64,000 bases of DNA. Source: a virus. The stretch lies in IMG/VR virus record IMGVR_UViG_3300032322_001517, positions 41,665 to 105,664 of that record; one strand, written 5' to 3'. The position numbers were made by a program, and so were the translations under genes. Each line of letters opens with the position of its first letter. The stretch's first letter is position 1. This document shows positions 25,591 through 36,576 of the stretch, in pieces. The notes beneath the pieces were generated by a model, which ran no database searches, was not told the DNA's origin, and saw only the letters and a program-made list of their open reading frames with translations.

Positions 25591-27933
25591 TTAGAAACGA
25601 CCAACTACTTCGGAGAATTGAACGCCAGTTCCAACAGCCACAAAGTTCAACTGAATAAAGTTAATTGAACGAGCTGGCTTGATATAAATGTCACCAACAA
25701 ACTGGTTAGTATCAATGATCTGTGGAGTATTGTTAGTATCGTCACAAACAACCAAGAAGTCTGTAATACCACGGCGACCTTGAATATTACGAAGATATGG
25801 TGTTACAAGGTTCTTAAACTGCGCTCTAGTGAATGCATCGTTAAACTCGAATAGAGAAAACTTAGCAGCTCTAGAAATAGCTTTTTCAAGAACAATAAAC
25901 AAGCGACGAACATTGATGCGGTCGAAAGCTGATGGTTTAGCCTGAAGAGTTCTATCACCATAAAGAATAGTGCCCTGACCTGGGAATGATACAACAGGGT
26001 TGATTCCGTTTGGATACAAAACATCTCTTTCAGCTTGACGTGGGTTATAAGCAAGCTTGATGATGTTCTTGATATTACCACGGTTAAAACCAGCTGGTGA
26101 CCACCAAGCATCATTAGTATTATCTGTTCTTACGCAAAGACCAGCAATGTCACCGTTTAGAGGGATCCAACGATTGACATCGTTATAACGGTCGTACTGA
26201 TACTTGTAACCAGAATCAAGAACAGCATAAGAACTGCTTCTAACTGCGCCTCTCCAAGCTACAAGGTTAGTTGCTTGGTTGCCGAATGCGTTTAGAACTT
26301 CATTCTTATCTGGTGAAATAAGAGCAATACAATCCTTACGAATTTCGCAGATGTTATCAATGATATAGTTTGCAAGCTGGAAGTTTTCAACAGTTACACC
26401 ATTGATTGCTGTAGAACCACCTAGTGGGCGACCCTGCATAACAAGCGAAATATCCACATCTTCTGCAGAAGCGAACAAATCGTAAGCAGCTGCGATAGAA
26501 GAAAAAATTCCAGTATTTGATTCTGCATGACCATCAGAACCAACAACGAAATTATAACTTCCTGGAGCTGTAGTAGTTGAAGATGTAACATTCAATGCTG
26601 TATTTGAAACGGCATTACCTCTGTCATTAGCCCACCAAACATATGCCGAACCCTGGTTAATAACATTCTTATAGTAGTTATCAGAACCATCATCGTTCTT
26701 AGCATCAGTTGCTCTTGACAAACCTCTATAAACTTCAAGAACCTGACCTGGAGTTCCTGTAAAACCACCGTCTTCATCAACAACAACTACGTGAAGTTCG
26801 TCTTGAGCTGAAGTATTACCATAATTTGCTACATAATTAGACTGACCTGGAGCAACATCAACCAAGTTAAAGAATTCCCAATAACGCTGAACATTGTTGT
26901 TCAATGTGTTATTAGCAACAAAATTAGTAGACAATCTGTATGGGTCTTCAAATGTAACGTCGAAGTAAGCAGCAGAAGCATTAGAAGAAACACCGCCTAC
27001 TGCAGTAACCTTCATGTATTGAACGCCAAGAGTTGCGTTACCAACTTTGATGTTATCGCCAACGCTTATTGAACTTTGAGCGATTGCAGCAACAGACTGT
27101 GCGTTAGTTACCGAACCACCAGAACCTGGAGTATATACGAAATTACCAGTTGTATTACTTACATTTACAGTAAATACGCCTGAAGTGTTACCCAATATGA
27201 CATAAGTATTCATATAAAGATTAGAAGTAAAGCTTCCAGCGTTATCGCAAACAGAAATTCTCAATGAGTTACCAAGAGCGCCTGGGTATTTAGCAACATA
27301 AAGAAGATCCGAATCAAAGTTACCATCCTTAACTAAGTAATCTTCGTCGTTCTTAACAATCTGATTTACTACATTTGAAACAACAGCATTAGTTTCAAAG
27401 GCAAGAGATGAATAGGAAACACCTAAATCGCCGAAAATGAGACCAACGTTAGTATTAACAGTAGCATTTGAACTTAGAACAACCGCTGTGGAATTAACAG
27501 AAGTAACTGTTACACTATTGCCGTAAGGAATTACGCCAGTATTAGTTGAAAATAGAACATACATTCCTGGAATAATTTGACTTGAATAATCAGCGCCAGT
27601 CAAAAAAGCATTGTTTGGAGCAGCTGGAGTAGCTACTGTGTTAGCTATAGCTACATATGGCGTTACACCACCAGTGTTAGCAGCACGAGAAACATACAAG
27701 CGATTGCCATAAGAAAGGAAGTTAGCAGCTGTAAAAAATGTTTCAGCATTGTGGCTAGTTGGCTTACCGAATCTATTTACAAGATTATTTTCAGAATCTA
27801 CCAAAGATCTTTGGCCAATTGGACCCCAACGGAAAACACCAGCAATTGCTCCATCAGAAGTAGCAACTGCAGGCACAACTGTTGTAAGATCAATTTCGCT
27901 TACATTAACGCCTGGACTTAGTTGAAATGCCAT
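25591..27933 (-). CDS. 18: Tail sheath protein gp18
   Basis: LSPGV...EIDLT, WWSPAGFNRG, SAFDRINVRRLF, IKPARSINFI. Confidence 0.98.
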   Translation of the reverse strand: MAFQLSPGVNVSEIDLTTVVPAVATSDGAIAGVFRWGPIGQRSLVDSENNLVNRFGKPTSHNAETFFTAANFLSYGNRLYVSRAANTGGVTPYVAIANTVATPAAPNNAFLTGADYSSQIIPGMYVLFSTNTGVIPYGNSVTVTSVNSTAVVLSSNATVNTNVGLIFGDLGVSYSSLAFETNAVVSNVVNQIVKNDEDYLVKDGNFDSDLLYVAKYPGALGNSLRISVCDNAGSFTSNLYMNTYVILGNTSGVFTVNVSNTTGNFVYTPGSGGSVTNAQSVAAIAQSSISVGDNIKVGNATLGVQYMKVTAVGGVSSNASAAYFDVTFEDPYRLSTNFVANNTLNNNVQRYWEFFNLVDVAPGQSNYVANYGNTSAQDELHVVVVDEDGGFTGTPGQVLEVYRGLSRATDAKNDDGSDNYYKNVINQGSAYVWWANDRGNAVSNTALNVTSSTTTAPGSYNFVVGSDGHAESNTGIFSSIAAAYDLFASAEDVDISLVMQGRPLGGSTAINGVTVENFQLANYIIDNICEIRKDCIALISPDKNEVLNAFGNQATNLVAWRGAVRSSSYAVLDSGYKYQYDRYNDVNRWIPLNGDIAGLCVRTDNTNDAWWSPAGFNRGNIKNIIKLAYNPRQAERDVLYPNGINPVVSFPGQGTILYGDRTLQAKPSAFDRINVRRLFIVLEKAISRAAKFSLFEFNDAFTRAQFKNLVTPYLRNIQGRRGITDFLVVCDDTNNTPQIIDTNQFVGDIYIKPARSINFIQLNFVAVGTGVQFSEVVGRF

Positions 27934-27996
27934 TTTTATCTCTCCTTTGATGCGAGAATATGATTTATTTTATTGTTATTTATTAAAAGCGATTTT

Positions 27997-29664
27997 TTAA
28001 AAATTGCTGTGTTTATTCCACATCCACGAGTCCGGCACAAACTGTTCAATTGCTTCATCGTATTCATCACGACCGTCGAATACAAAACCAAAAGGAGCTA
28101 GATCTTGCTCCATATCTTCCTCTGTTTTTTCTCTTAAGGACATAAGAGTACTTATGTCAGTGTAATCTTTGAAATACTGCTGTTCAGTCAGCCAAGCAAA
28201 GAGCACTAGACACATTACAAGGTCGTCGTGTTTTCCTGGCTCTGCTTCGTAAGAATTGTTCTTTCTAGAAAATGTAGAAAGTTCATTTATAGTATGAAAG
28301 TCGTTAATTATAAGTTGATTACCTTCAATCAACAACTTCAAAATAGAACAACCAACTGCCTTAACTACTTTGGTAGTTCTAATTCCTTTATCTTTTTTAC
28401 CTTTAGCTATAGAATTTCCTGTACCACCAAACCCTAAAGTAATACGTTTACCGCTTCTTCCAGCATTTTCAGTAAACAAAACATTGTCATATGAAAAGTC
28501 ATAATGTAAAGTATGCGCTGTTTGTTCACCAATATCATTTACTTCAACAAGCACCGAAGCATTATTATACGCCTTGGCTATTCTGTGAATAACATCAGCA
28601 TAATCTGCAGGTGTTACAGCGTTGTTTCTATAAACAGCTACCTGACTGTATGGCATTTTAGAAACATCTATAACCTGGAAAGCTGAATAGTCTAGTCCTT
28701 TACCGCGACTAACGTCGCAAATAATCATATAGATATGCTGCTCTTCTGGAGAGTTATATTGAATTAGTCCTTCACGTTCTACTACTGGGTTTTGGTGCAC
28801 TAATTCTTTCAACTTCCAACCAGCAATAAGCGTACCAGAGCTACCAAGGAATTCGCAATTGTACTCCTGATCAAACTTCTCTAAATCGAAGTTCATAGCA
28901 GCAAGAGTATTTTCTCTCCACTTTTCGTCACGCCCTGGAACGTTTTCCCAACGAACGAACATGTAATTATATCCGTTTCTATTTTCTTTGGCGTTTACCC
29001 AAATACTGTAGAAGTGGTTCAAACCGTTAGGCGTAGAAACTAGAATAATTTTAGATTCTTGACCAGATGAAATAGTAGGATAAACTGAGGTGAAGAACTC
29101 GTCCCAGTTTTCAATGAACGCAGCTTCGTCGATAAACAAAAGGTTGATAGAATAACCACGGATAGCATCAGAGCTAGTAGCAGCAGCAAGAACACGCGAA
29201 TTATTTTCAAGTTCAAAAGAACCTTTGTTCCATTCTTTAACACCCTGCTGTAACCATCTTGGTAAATGCTGATACGCAAGCTGAATACGACCTAAAATTT
29301 CACGAGCCGTATCGCCTTTGTTAGCCAAGAGAGCAACAGTTTTATCAGCATGAAATATGATGTACCAAAGAATAAAGGCGCAGGTTGTAGTAGACTTACC
29401 AGCCTGACGGGCAGTAGTTACGATATTGAATCTGCCTTTGGAAAAGTTATACAACATTTGCTTTTGATAAGGGTACAGTTTAAAATTGACAAGACCTTTA
29501 TCAATGCTAATGATTTTCATATATGTTTCAGTAAAATATACAACGTCTTGAGAACAACGTATATACTCTTGAACAAGTTCTGGTGTCCAATCAATAGGCT
29601 GATTGGATCTTTTTAGATTAGCATTACCTTTATAACCACGTAAGTCTAGGTTATCCATTACCAT
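27997..29664 (-). CDS. 17: Terminase large subunit gp17
   Basis: RQAGKSTT, IDEAAF, STPNGLNHF, DVSRG.G.DYS, HDDLVM. Confidence 0.98.
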   Translation of the reverse strand: MVMDNLDLRGYKGNANLKRSNQPIDWTPELVQEYIRCSQDVVYFTETYMKIISIDKGLVNFKLYPYQKQMLYNFSKGRFNIVTTARQAGKSTTTCAFILWYIIFHADKTVALLANKGDTAREILGRIQLAYQHLPRWLQQGVKEWNKGSFELENNSRVLAAATSSDAIRGYSINLLFIDEAAFIENWDEFFTSVYPTISSGQESKIILVSTPNGLNHFYSIWVNAKENRNGYNYMFVRWENVPGRDEKWRENTLAAMNFDLEKFDQEYNCEFLGSSGTLIAGWKLKELVHQNPVVEREGLIQYNSPEEQHIYMIICDVSRGKGLDYSAFQVIDVSKMPYSQVAVYRNNAVTPADYADVIHRIAKAYNNASVLVEVNDIGEQTAHTLHYDFSYDNVLFTENAGRSGKRITLGFGGTGNSIAKGKKDKGIRTTKVVKAVGCSILKLLIEGNQLIINDFHTINELSTFSRKNNSYEAEPGKHDDLVMCLVLFAWLTEQQYFKDYTDISTLMSLREKTEEDMEQDLAPFGFVFDGRDEYDEAIEQFVPDSWMWNKHSNF

Positions 29665-30070
29665 TCTTCATCTGTTCTATCATTTTTTGTAGTTCTGCAG
29701 TAGATCCCACAAATAAGTTGTTATTAATAGTCTTAGCCTTTTCATTTATTGGGCTATCTGCAGCATCTAATTCGCGAATATCTTTTTGAAGACCCATAAG
29801 ATCTTTATTAGCCTGAAGCATAGTTTCCATCATCTTAGCAAGAACTTCGAAAGCTCTTGGGTGCTGAGATTGGGTCGCTATTTGCGTTAGTTTGTGCATA
29901 GCATCTTGACCTTCTTCTATCATGGTCAAGATATTTGCTCTTGCTGTTTCGAAATCAGCTTTGGCGCTATCGTTATGAGCATCAGCTACGATATTACTAA
30001 TAGTAGAAGTTGTTAAAGGGTTTATGCCTAAAGCTCTACCAATTGGATCATTATTAGATTGTTCATTCAT
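29651..30070 (-). CDS. 16: Terminase small subunit gp16
   Basis: HPRAFEV, NNNLFVGSTAELQK. Confidence 0.93.
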   Translation of the reverse strand: MNEQSNNDPIGRALGINPLTTSTISNIVADAHNDSAKADFETARANILTMIEEGQDAMHKLTQIATQSQHPRAFEVLAKMMETMLQANKDLMGLQKDIRELDAADSPINEKAKTINNNLFVGSTAELQKMIEQMKNGNG

Positions 30071-30930
30071 TCTATTTCAGTTTCGTCATAAATCATAGTT
30101 ATAAATCCATAGTCATCGTCAACGTCTATTTCATTGTAACTAACTGTTGCAAGATTACTGTTCGCCTGACCATAATAATTTAAAGGCGAACCGTTAGAAT
30201 ACATTCCAGGTTGTACCGTTACCTTTTCAGCTATAGCTGTATTGCCTACTGCTGTAACAAGTTTACCATCTTCTACATTTGGTATGTAGAAATTAGCATT
30301 AACAAACTTAATAATACCACCGCTTTTAACTGGTCCGTAAATATACCCTTTAAGAGTTAAATCAAGTTCCCATATGATAGCTCTACGTTGTTTGTAAGAA
30401 CCATCATAAGTATCATTATAACTAATATTATTTAATATAATTGGAATATCCATAGTAACTTCCATTTCAGGAATCAAGTTTACCGTAGTAGTCCAATCAG
30501 GTGTAAAGTATGGAAGTATCTGTTCAATTATTTTTGTAGCATCATCAGTTTGTTTAGCATAGATATAAACTTTAAAATCTATATTATACGGAACTGGGTT
30601 GTACTGATATTTAAATTTGTCAGCATCAGTAGCATTTTTTACAGCCATTCTACCAGTTGTTGGTAGCTTTCTTTCTCCATCATATGACATCTTGCCCATT
30701 TCGAAAGAAATAAGAGGCAATGGAGCTGTAGCTGTAGGTCTGTCAATACCAGGATCCTGTATAACACGAGCTAACATTTTATCTTTTGGAGCGTATGTAA
30801 TAGGAACTTTTAACAGGGAAGTAACATCGCCTGAGGAGTTTGTTCTAGTTATTCTAATATTGTTAAACAAAGTTCCAACAAGAATAACATATTTTCTAAT
30901 AAGACTAAAATAAAATGGACCACCAAACAT
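30067..30930 (-). CDS. 15: Tail sheath stabiliser gp15
   Basis: FY...IRKY....GTLFN, PVPYNI, EQILPYF.P. Confidence 0.93.
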   Translation of the reverse strand: MFGGPFYFSLIRKYVILVGTLFNNIRITRTNSSGDVTSLLKVPITYAPKDKMLARVIQDPGIDRPTATAPLPLISFEMGKMSYDGERKLPTTGRMAVKNATDADKFKYQYNPVPYNIDFKVYIYAKQTDDATKIIEQILPYFTPDWTTTVNLIPEMEVTMDIPIILNNISYNDTYDGSYKQRRAIIWELDLTLKGYIYGPVKSGGIIKFVNANFYIPNVEDGKLVTAVGNTAIAEKVTVQPGMYSNGSPLNYYGQANSNLATVSYNEIDVDDDYGFITMIYDETEIE

Positions 30931-31653
30931 TATATTGATCTTTCTGAGAATGGATCGTAAGCTGTAAAGTCAACAAACAGATCAGACTCCCTCTGAATCT
31001 CATCATTATCTGCAGCAAATATTAAGTTATCTACGCTAGAACCTTCAAGAACAATCAGATCACCATCTTCTGTAAGAATAGGACCGCCGTCTTCATCTTT
31101 TACAGTCCAATGATATTGGTTTGTATCAAATAGTTTTTGAAGTTTATCAATTTCAGGTATACCAGTATTAATAGTTTCACCAGCATACTCAAACAACTCG
31201 CAAGTCATTTCCCATGTTTGTAATGTGCCAAGCTGATAAAACATTTCATGCTTATTAACATACTTAATCTGGAAACACTTTTGGTTTAATGGAAAATAAA
31301 TTAGATCGCCTTCATTTGGTCGAACTTGTGTAGTATACGATCCAACTTCATCATTAAAAATTCTGCGAGCTACAGAAAATATTACTTGGTCTCTAATTTC
31401 TATACCAAACTTAGACATAAAATTGCCATCGCCACTAAATCCGTCAACAGACTTAATGTACATTTCTATCATATATGCATTTTCATAACTTGATTGATCG
31501 TCAGCGCCATATACTTCATCGTAATTGTTTAGCTTACGAGGTATATAATACATATCTTCGCCGTAAATCTTAATAGATTCTATAATAAGATTTTCAAGAA
31601 GTGTTTGCTCTTGAGACGATTGAAAGTTATTGAAGAAAAAAGTTTGTAGACAT
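30930..31653 (-). CDS. 14: Neck protein gp14 (apparent 1-nt frameshift near the 5' end)
   Basis: MSKFG, RPNEGDLIYFP, CELFEY motifs; the conserved N-terminus (MSTNFFFNNF...EQ.LLE.LI.ESIKIYG) is out of frame because of one extra T. Confidence 0.9.
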
Positions 31654-31680
31654 CAGTCTAAGCCTCCCATTAGTAAGGCG

Positions 31681-32361
31681 TTAAACGCATAAAAATTTTT
31701 GTTTGCATTTATCGTTGTGGTATCTAGCAACATTACCTTTGTTTCCTACGAATTCGCAATATGCGCATTTAATTTTCATACTATTTAGGGTTTTAAAGGC
31801 TGTGGTTTCTTTTATTTTGTTTTTGTGTTCTTTAGTCAATTTACGACCACGGTTTGCTGCTGCTGCCATTGCAAGAGCTTTAGAATTGTCCTTACCTACA
31901 TTTTTACCGATCATAGATTGACGACGTTTTTCACGAACTTCTAGTTCAGAAGATCTATTATCTCTAGTAGATAAACCAGCAAAATATTTTTCACGAACTT
32001 CAGGACGATACATTGCTTCTTTTGTTTTTTGAGAAATTTTTTCTGATATTGACAATTTTGTATTTTCGTCTGTGGTCCAGTGACCCCATTTATGTTTTCT
32101 CAAATTGTAATATTTTTTACCAAGATCTTTTTCTTCAATTAGAGACATCCATCGATGCTCTTCTTCGAACATTAGTTCTCTGTTAGAAATGTTACTTGAT
32201 AATATTTTACGTTTGAAATCAGCTGGTCTTCGTTTGTACGCCTTACGCATTCTATTTGAAGAACAGATATAACCATCAGTTTCAACACCCCAATGACAAC
32301 CTATATAATACATTTTACGTTTCTTATCGAACCAAAGATAAACGAAACCATATTTATTCAT
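31681..32361 (-). mobile_element. Free-standing Seg-like GIY-YIG homing endonuclease with NUMOD3-like repeats
   Basis: GFVYLW...YYIGCHWG..DGYICSS, KYYNL, KLTKEHKNKI; sits between genes 13 and 14. Confidence 0.88.
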
Positions 32362-32387
32362 AAAACCTCCTTATAAAGTAAAGATAA

Positions 32388-32416
32388 ATTATACTATATA
32401 AAGAGTATTTAGTAAA
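32388..32416 (-). promoter_or_regulatory. Promoter TTTACT-N17-TATAAT for the homing endonuclease
   Basis: Boxes plus an AGGAGG RBS downstream. Confidence 0.6.
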
Positions 32417-32438
32417 GCGGTCGTCCAAGCGGTCGTCC
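32415..32438. repeat. 12-bp tandem direct repeat AAGCGGTCGTCC x2
   Basis: Exact duplication at the gp13 stop / endonuclease junction. Confidence 0.9.
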
Positions 32439-33178
32439 TAGCCTATCATATCCGTTGCTGGTAGTGAGTAAGAGAATATCATTTCTCTTTCTAAAGCTTC
32501 GCGTTCATTGGTAGCTTCATCATATATTTTTTGACCATTAAATGTCAAACCACCTGGCATCTTCATACCGTCAAACTTTTTAAGGTTAGTGCCCCACTGC
32601 TGTTTAATCAAACAAGCAGCGTAACGAAGCAACCAACGATCAGACCAAGCGTCAGTATATACATCTGGGTCTACTACTTGATAAGCTTCTACAATAATGT
32701 ATTCGCCTACGTTCATACGATCCCAGTCCATATCGATATAAAGTTTGTTGATATGGCGATTGTATCTTAGTGGCTGTTTACCAACAAGCATAAACTCAAG
32801 AAACTGAATATGTTGCATAGCCATATAGTATGGCACCATAGATACAGATGTTAAGGTGTAAAGGTCATTAAGAGCGATCTGATAACGAATATTGAATAGA
32901 TTGTTAGTACCAAGAGCGGACCCAAGATCAAATATATTAATAACGCCAATGATATTTTCTGGCATTGTAATATATTTGTTGTCTTTGTCTTGTTGAGTAA
33001 CTTGATACTTGTAATGAACTTTTTCAGCGCCGTCGAAATGATAGTCCCAGAAGTAGCGAAGAGCTTCATCGATCCTATCCTCAACCTGATCATCATCAAC
33101 GTTAATTTCAATAACAGGTTTACCTAAACGACGTAGGCAATTTTCTTTAAAATCTGATCTGGTTGTTGGTGACGCCAT
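32438..33178 (-). CDS. 13: Neck protein gp13
   Basis: LRRLGKPVIEINVD.DQ..DRIDEAL, KQQWG.NL.KF.G...PGG. Confidence 0.95.
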   Translation of the reverse strand: MASPTTRSDFKENCLRRLGKPVIEINVDDDQVEDRIDEALRYFWDYHFDGAEKVHYKYQVTQQDKDNKYITMPENIIGVINIFDLGSALGTNNLFNIRYQIALNDLYTLTSVSMVPYYMAMQHIQFLEFMLVGKQPLRYNRHINKLYIDMDWDRMNVGEYIIVEAYQVVDPDVYTDAWSDRWLLRYAACLIKQQWGTNLKKFDGMKMPGGLTFNGQKIYDEATNEREALEREMIFSYSLPATDMIG

Positions 33179-33197
33179 TTAAATACCTCTTTTTAAT

Positions 33198-33205
33198 TAT
33201 TTATA
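33198..33205 (-). promoter_or_regulatory. Late promoter TATAAATA
   Basis: Upstream of gp13. Confidence 0.75.
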
Positions 33206-33206
33206 A

Positions 33207-34370
33207 TTATTTTAACCAGCAGTTGTTATTAAGTAGAGTGTACTTTGAACTAAACCATTCATTAGTATCTGTTGGATTTAATAATTTTGAAAATTTTTCA
33301 GGCGATTGTTCAATTTCTGATTTAAAAAAGTATGTATAATTTTCATCAATTAGAACGGGCACTTTATCTTCTTGGATCAAATCTCTAAAATTTCTTAATT
33401 CGAAAAAATCTAATAATTTAACGTTTGATCTTTCTGAAGTTTTTTGGTTGAAATATTTTTCGTTTTTATCAAATTCAAAAATTTCCTCTTTCATTATATA
33501 CTTGAAAGATGGCGCATCATTTTTAATCTTCTTATCATGGTTAAGCATCGACCAGATTTCAAAATCAGTTGTTCTGAAAAATGGTTTAATATTATTTTCA
33601 AAAATATTTTTATCGTAAAAAGAGTTCCATCTTAGTGGTTTAAATCTATTGTTATTCCATCTTATAGAAAAACATAGCCACCACATGAAATCAAAAACAG
33701 TTTTAATTTTAACCGGAGACTTATCTAACCAAGGTTTAATATTTGACATAAACCATTTGGCTTTTTCTTTGGAGTCAAACTTACTGAGAACCCACGGTAT
33801 CCAAGACTCGTTCTTTGAGTCAGAAAACGAAACAAAAGAGAAACCAAATATTTGTGGTATCTGATCGCCTGTAACAAATAATTGATTTTCTGTTGGTATA
33901 ATTTTTGGATAATATTCCGTAGGTTCTATAACTTTTAATTTATCTTTTATGTAATTTATATAAAATTTATCATTTTCCATAATTGAAAAATTGTACATTA
34001 AAACAGATATTTGGGAAGTGTCACTGCAATTTTTTAGTAGAGATACTAATGCATAAGTAGCATCTATGCCTCCAGACCAAGAAACAATTATTTCTTTTCC
34101 AGTAGATAGTAACTCAATCGATCTTTCAGATGCTATATCAGAAAACGATTTATTAAAATTAGAAGGTAGTTCAGGTATAGGATCGACAATTGCCTTATAT
34201 CTTCCTGCAAATGTGTTAGTTCTATCTGTAATTTGACCCTTTGGCTTTGAAGACAAAGCCATCAACATCTCTGTAATATTAATTTTATTTTCAGCGTCTG
34301 GATCAATTAAATTAGCTAAATCTCGTCTATCTTCTGCATGATAAAGGACATTATTACCAACTTCTTTCAT
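33207..34370 (-). CDS. PP-loop ATPase, asparagine-synthetase-like domain without glutaminase
   Basis: VSWSGGIDAT, VTGD...QIFG, PFF, KYIMK motifs paralleling the AsnB C-domain. Confidence 0.7.
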   Translation of the reverse strand: MKEVGNNVLYHAEDRRDLANLIDPDAENKINITEMLMALSSKPKGQITDRTNTFAGRYKAIVDPIPELPSNFNKSFSDIASERSIELLSTGKEIIVSWSGGIDATYALVSLLKNCSDTSQISVLMYNFSIMENDKFYINYIKDKLKVIEPTEYYPKIIPTENQLFVTGDQIPQIFGFSFVSFSDSKNESWIPWVLSKFDSKEKAKWFMSNIKPWLDKSPVKIKTVFDFMWWLCFSIRWNNNRFKPLRWNSFYDKNIFENNIKPFFRTTDFEIWSMLNHDKKIKNDAPSFKYIMKEEIFEFDKNEKYFNQKTSERSNVKLLDFFELRNFRDLIQEDKVPVLIDENYTYFFKSEIEQSPEKFSKLLNPTDTNEWFSSKYTLLNNNCWLK

Positions 34371-34395
34371 AGAAACTACCTTTTTTAGTGTAAAT

Positions 34396-35316
34396 TTATT
34401 GATTATTTATATACCATTGATAGTCTTCTTTAATTTTGACAGATAGCTCTTCAGGTCCCAAACAGGCGTGTTTGCGGTTAAATGACACCAACATCTTTTT
34501 AAATACGTCTTCATTACATATTTTTAACATTGTTGGTCTTAGTTCTTCTGCAAAATCAATATATTGACGAGGTATAGTAAAGAAAGTTTGTGCCTCTGAA
34601 ACAAATTCAGTCATGCCTATCTGTATACCAGTTGGCACTTCTGGGTAATAGGGATTGGTTTCCCTTGTTCCCATTAACATCAATCTCGTACCTTCAGTTA
34701 ACATATTCTCAGGCGTAGTGACCCCAAAATCAATCTCTTTTGCTAACAAAGATAATAGCATATCAGTTTTGGCTCTAAAAGAAACTGGTTTGATGTTAGT
34801 CAAATTATAATGCTTTAAAAACAACTCACTGAGCACTTTAGTTCTAGGGGAATTATTAGAAACACCATAGAATATGATAGGTTTTTTTCGCAAAGTCTCA
34901 ACCATTTCGTCTAATGATAAGACATTTAATGAAGATATCAATCCATGAGCAGATGACCCAAACCCCTGTACATGATAAAAATCTCTTTGTTTATCATATT
35001 CAAACTCATTGTCTACAGTTTCCATATGTTTGTTAAGAGTAAAAACATCTAGACTGGTGAACAAAAGATTTCTAGTTCCTGCTCTAGCAGCTGCTAATGA
35101 TCTGCGGGCAGAGGTTTCGCCGAATGCTCCTGGCAAAACGCTAATACGAAACGAATATTTATTATTTTCATCATTCATTCTATTTACAATATAAACCAAT
35201 TGTTTATGCGCCAAATCACTGACTGAATATCTAGAATAAATTGTAATTGTTTCTTTAGCAGTTACTGTGTTAGAAACAAAAAATAAAGCCATAATAAACG
35301 TTAGTATTCTCATCAT
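34396..35316 (-). CDS. TctC/Bug-like periplasmic solute-binding protein (divergent)
   Basis: Signal peptide; LPGAFG, VSFR......LL..EID, YPEVPT motifs. Confidence 0.65.
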   Translation of the reverse strand: MMRILTFIMALFFVSNTVTAKETITIYSRYSVSDLAHKQLVYIVNRMNDENNKYSFRISVLPGAFGETSARRSLAAARAGTRNLLFTSLDVFTLNKHMETVDNEFEYDKQRDFYHVQGFGSSAHGLISSLNVLSLDEMVETLRKKPIIFYGVSNNSPRTKVLSELFLKHYNLTNIKPVSFRAKTDMLLSLLAKEIDFGVTTPENMLTEGTRLMLMGTRETNPYYPEVPTGIQIGMTEFVSEAQTFFTIPRQYIDFAEELRPTMLKICNEDVFKKMLVSFNRKHACLGPEELSVKIKEDYQWYINNQ

Positions 35317-35317
35317 T

Positions 35318-36553
35318 TCAAACTCCGAATTTAGGATTAAATTTACCTATAAAATATTTGCGAGTGTTTATAGGCATTTTGAGATATTTGATTGGTATAT
35401 TAGGATATTTTTTTATAACTCCTGTATTATATTCAAGTATCGCATCTTCAATATTTGTTTTTCCAAAAAAAATTTCAGATGCAATAATATCAGCGCTCTT
35501 TTTCCATTCTCTACGATATTGTATTTTTTTAGGCGTAGAATACTTGTATACGTATGGCGAAAACAATCGATCAATTGACAACTTATCATATATCAATCCT
35601 TTCACCATTAATTTATCTCTAACGCCTCCTGATTTCCATAGTCTAAACGCATCATATATTTCTTTATCATTTTCTAAAACTTTTTTAATTATATGAGCTT
35701 GTTTTATCGGTATCAGGGGTGATTTTGTCGACCAATAAAATTGTTCAAAAAAACATCTTTTGTCAAAACTATGTGTGTTTACCAATCTAGCAGAAACATA
35801 AACAGTATCATTAAAATTAAAATAAAAATTTTCATTTTCGATTTGAACAATTGGTTTTTCTATGCCTGTTATCATGGCAGTTTTTTTATTTGCGTTGATA
35901 TATTTTTGATTATGTTCATAATTTACAGCGGTGATACATCTGCTTGTTCTAACAAGCGGAAATCTACTTGTTGCTATTTTTTTATATTTTGGGTTAAACG
36001 TTGAAAAATTACCAGATATAATGTCATCTAAGAAAAAATCTGTCGCATCGATATCTACTATTTTAGTATTAGGACTTCTTTTCTTAATTTCCTTTAGATG
36101 TTCTAAAGCGCAATCATCATATTCAGTAAAAATATCCAATCCCTCTTTCTTAAGATAATTTTTATCAAGGTTTTTTATTAAATTTGAAAAGTGAAATATC
36201 TGTACTTCATCTAAGAATATTCCATTATCTAAAAACGTGTAAAGAATTTCAGTTGAATCAGTGCCACCAGAAAATGAAAGTATGAGATATTCATATTCTT
36301 CTCTCAAAGATTTAGCTCTTTGTCTATAAAGTTCTTCTAAAGAAAACGGTGGTTCTTCTGACCAGTTTAGATATTTAAAATAATTATCATGAAAATTAAA
36401 GGATATATTTTTATCAAAAGTATTTTTTTGTTCCATATAATCGAATATCAATTCTCTAGATATAAATAACTTGTTGTCATGTTCATAATATCCATTATAA
36501 AGCAACGGTTTTTCATCAAAAGCGTATATCTTATTTGATATAATTTTTAGCAT
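35318..36553 (-). CDS. PP-loop (adenine nucleotide alpha-hydrolase-like) protein
   Basis: W.EEP..SL.ELY..RA..LR..Y.YLILSFSGGTDS. Confidence 0.7.
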   Translation of the reverse strand: MLKIISNKIYAFDEKPLLYNGYYEHDNKLFISRELIFDYMEQKNTFDKNISFNFHDNYFKYLNWSEEPPFSLEELYRQRAKSLREEYEYLILSFSGGTDSTEILYTFLDNGIFLDEVQIFHFSNLIKNLDKNYLKKEGLDIFTEYDDCALEHLKEIKKRSPNTKIVDIDATDFFLDDIISGNFSTFNPKYKKIATSRFPLVRTSRCITAVNYEHNQKYINANKKTAMITGIEKPIVQIENENFYFNFNDTVYVSARLVNTHSFDKRCFFEQFYWSTKSPLIPIKQAHIIKKVLENDKEIYDAFRLWKSGGVRDKLMVKGLIYDKLSIDRLFSPYVYKYSTPKKIQYRREWKKSADIIASEIFFGKTNIEDAILEYNTGVIKKYPNIPIKYLKMPINTRKYFIGKFNPKFGV

Positions 36554-36576
36554 AACTTAATCATTCCGAGTTGAAA

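Noticed and set aside
12514-29664. Introns or inteins in gp46, uvsW, gp17, gp20 or gp23
   Set aside because: The proteins are of normal length with continuous motifs.
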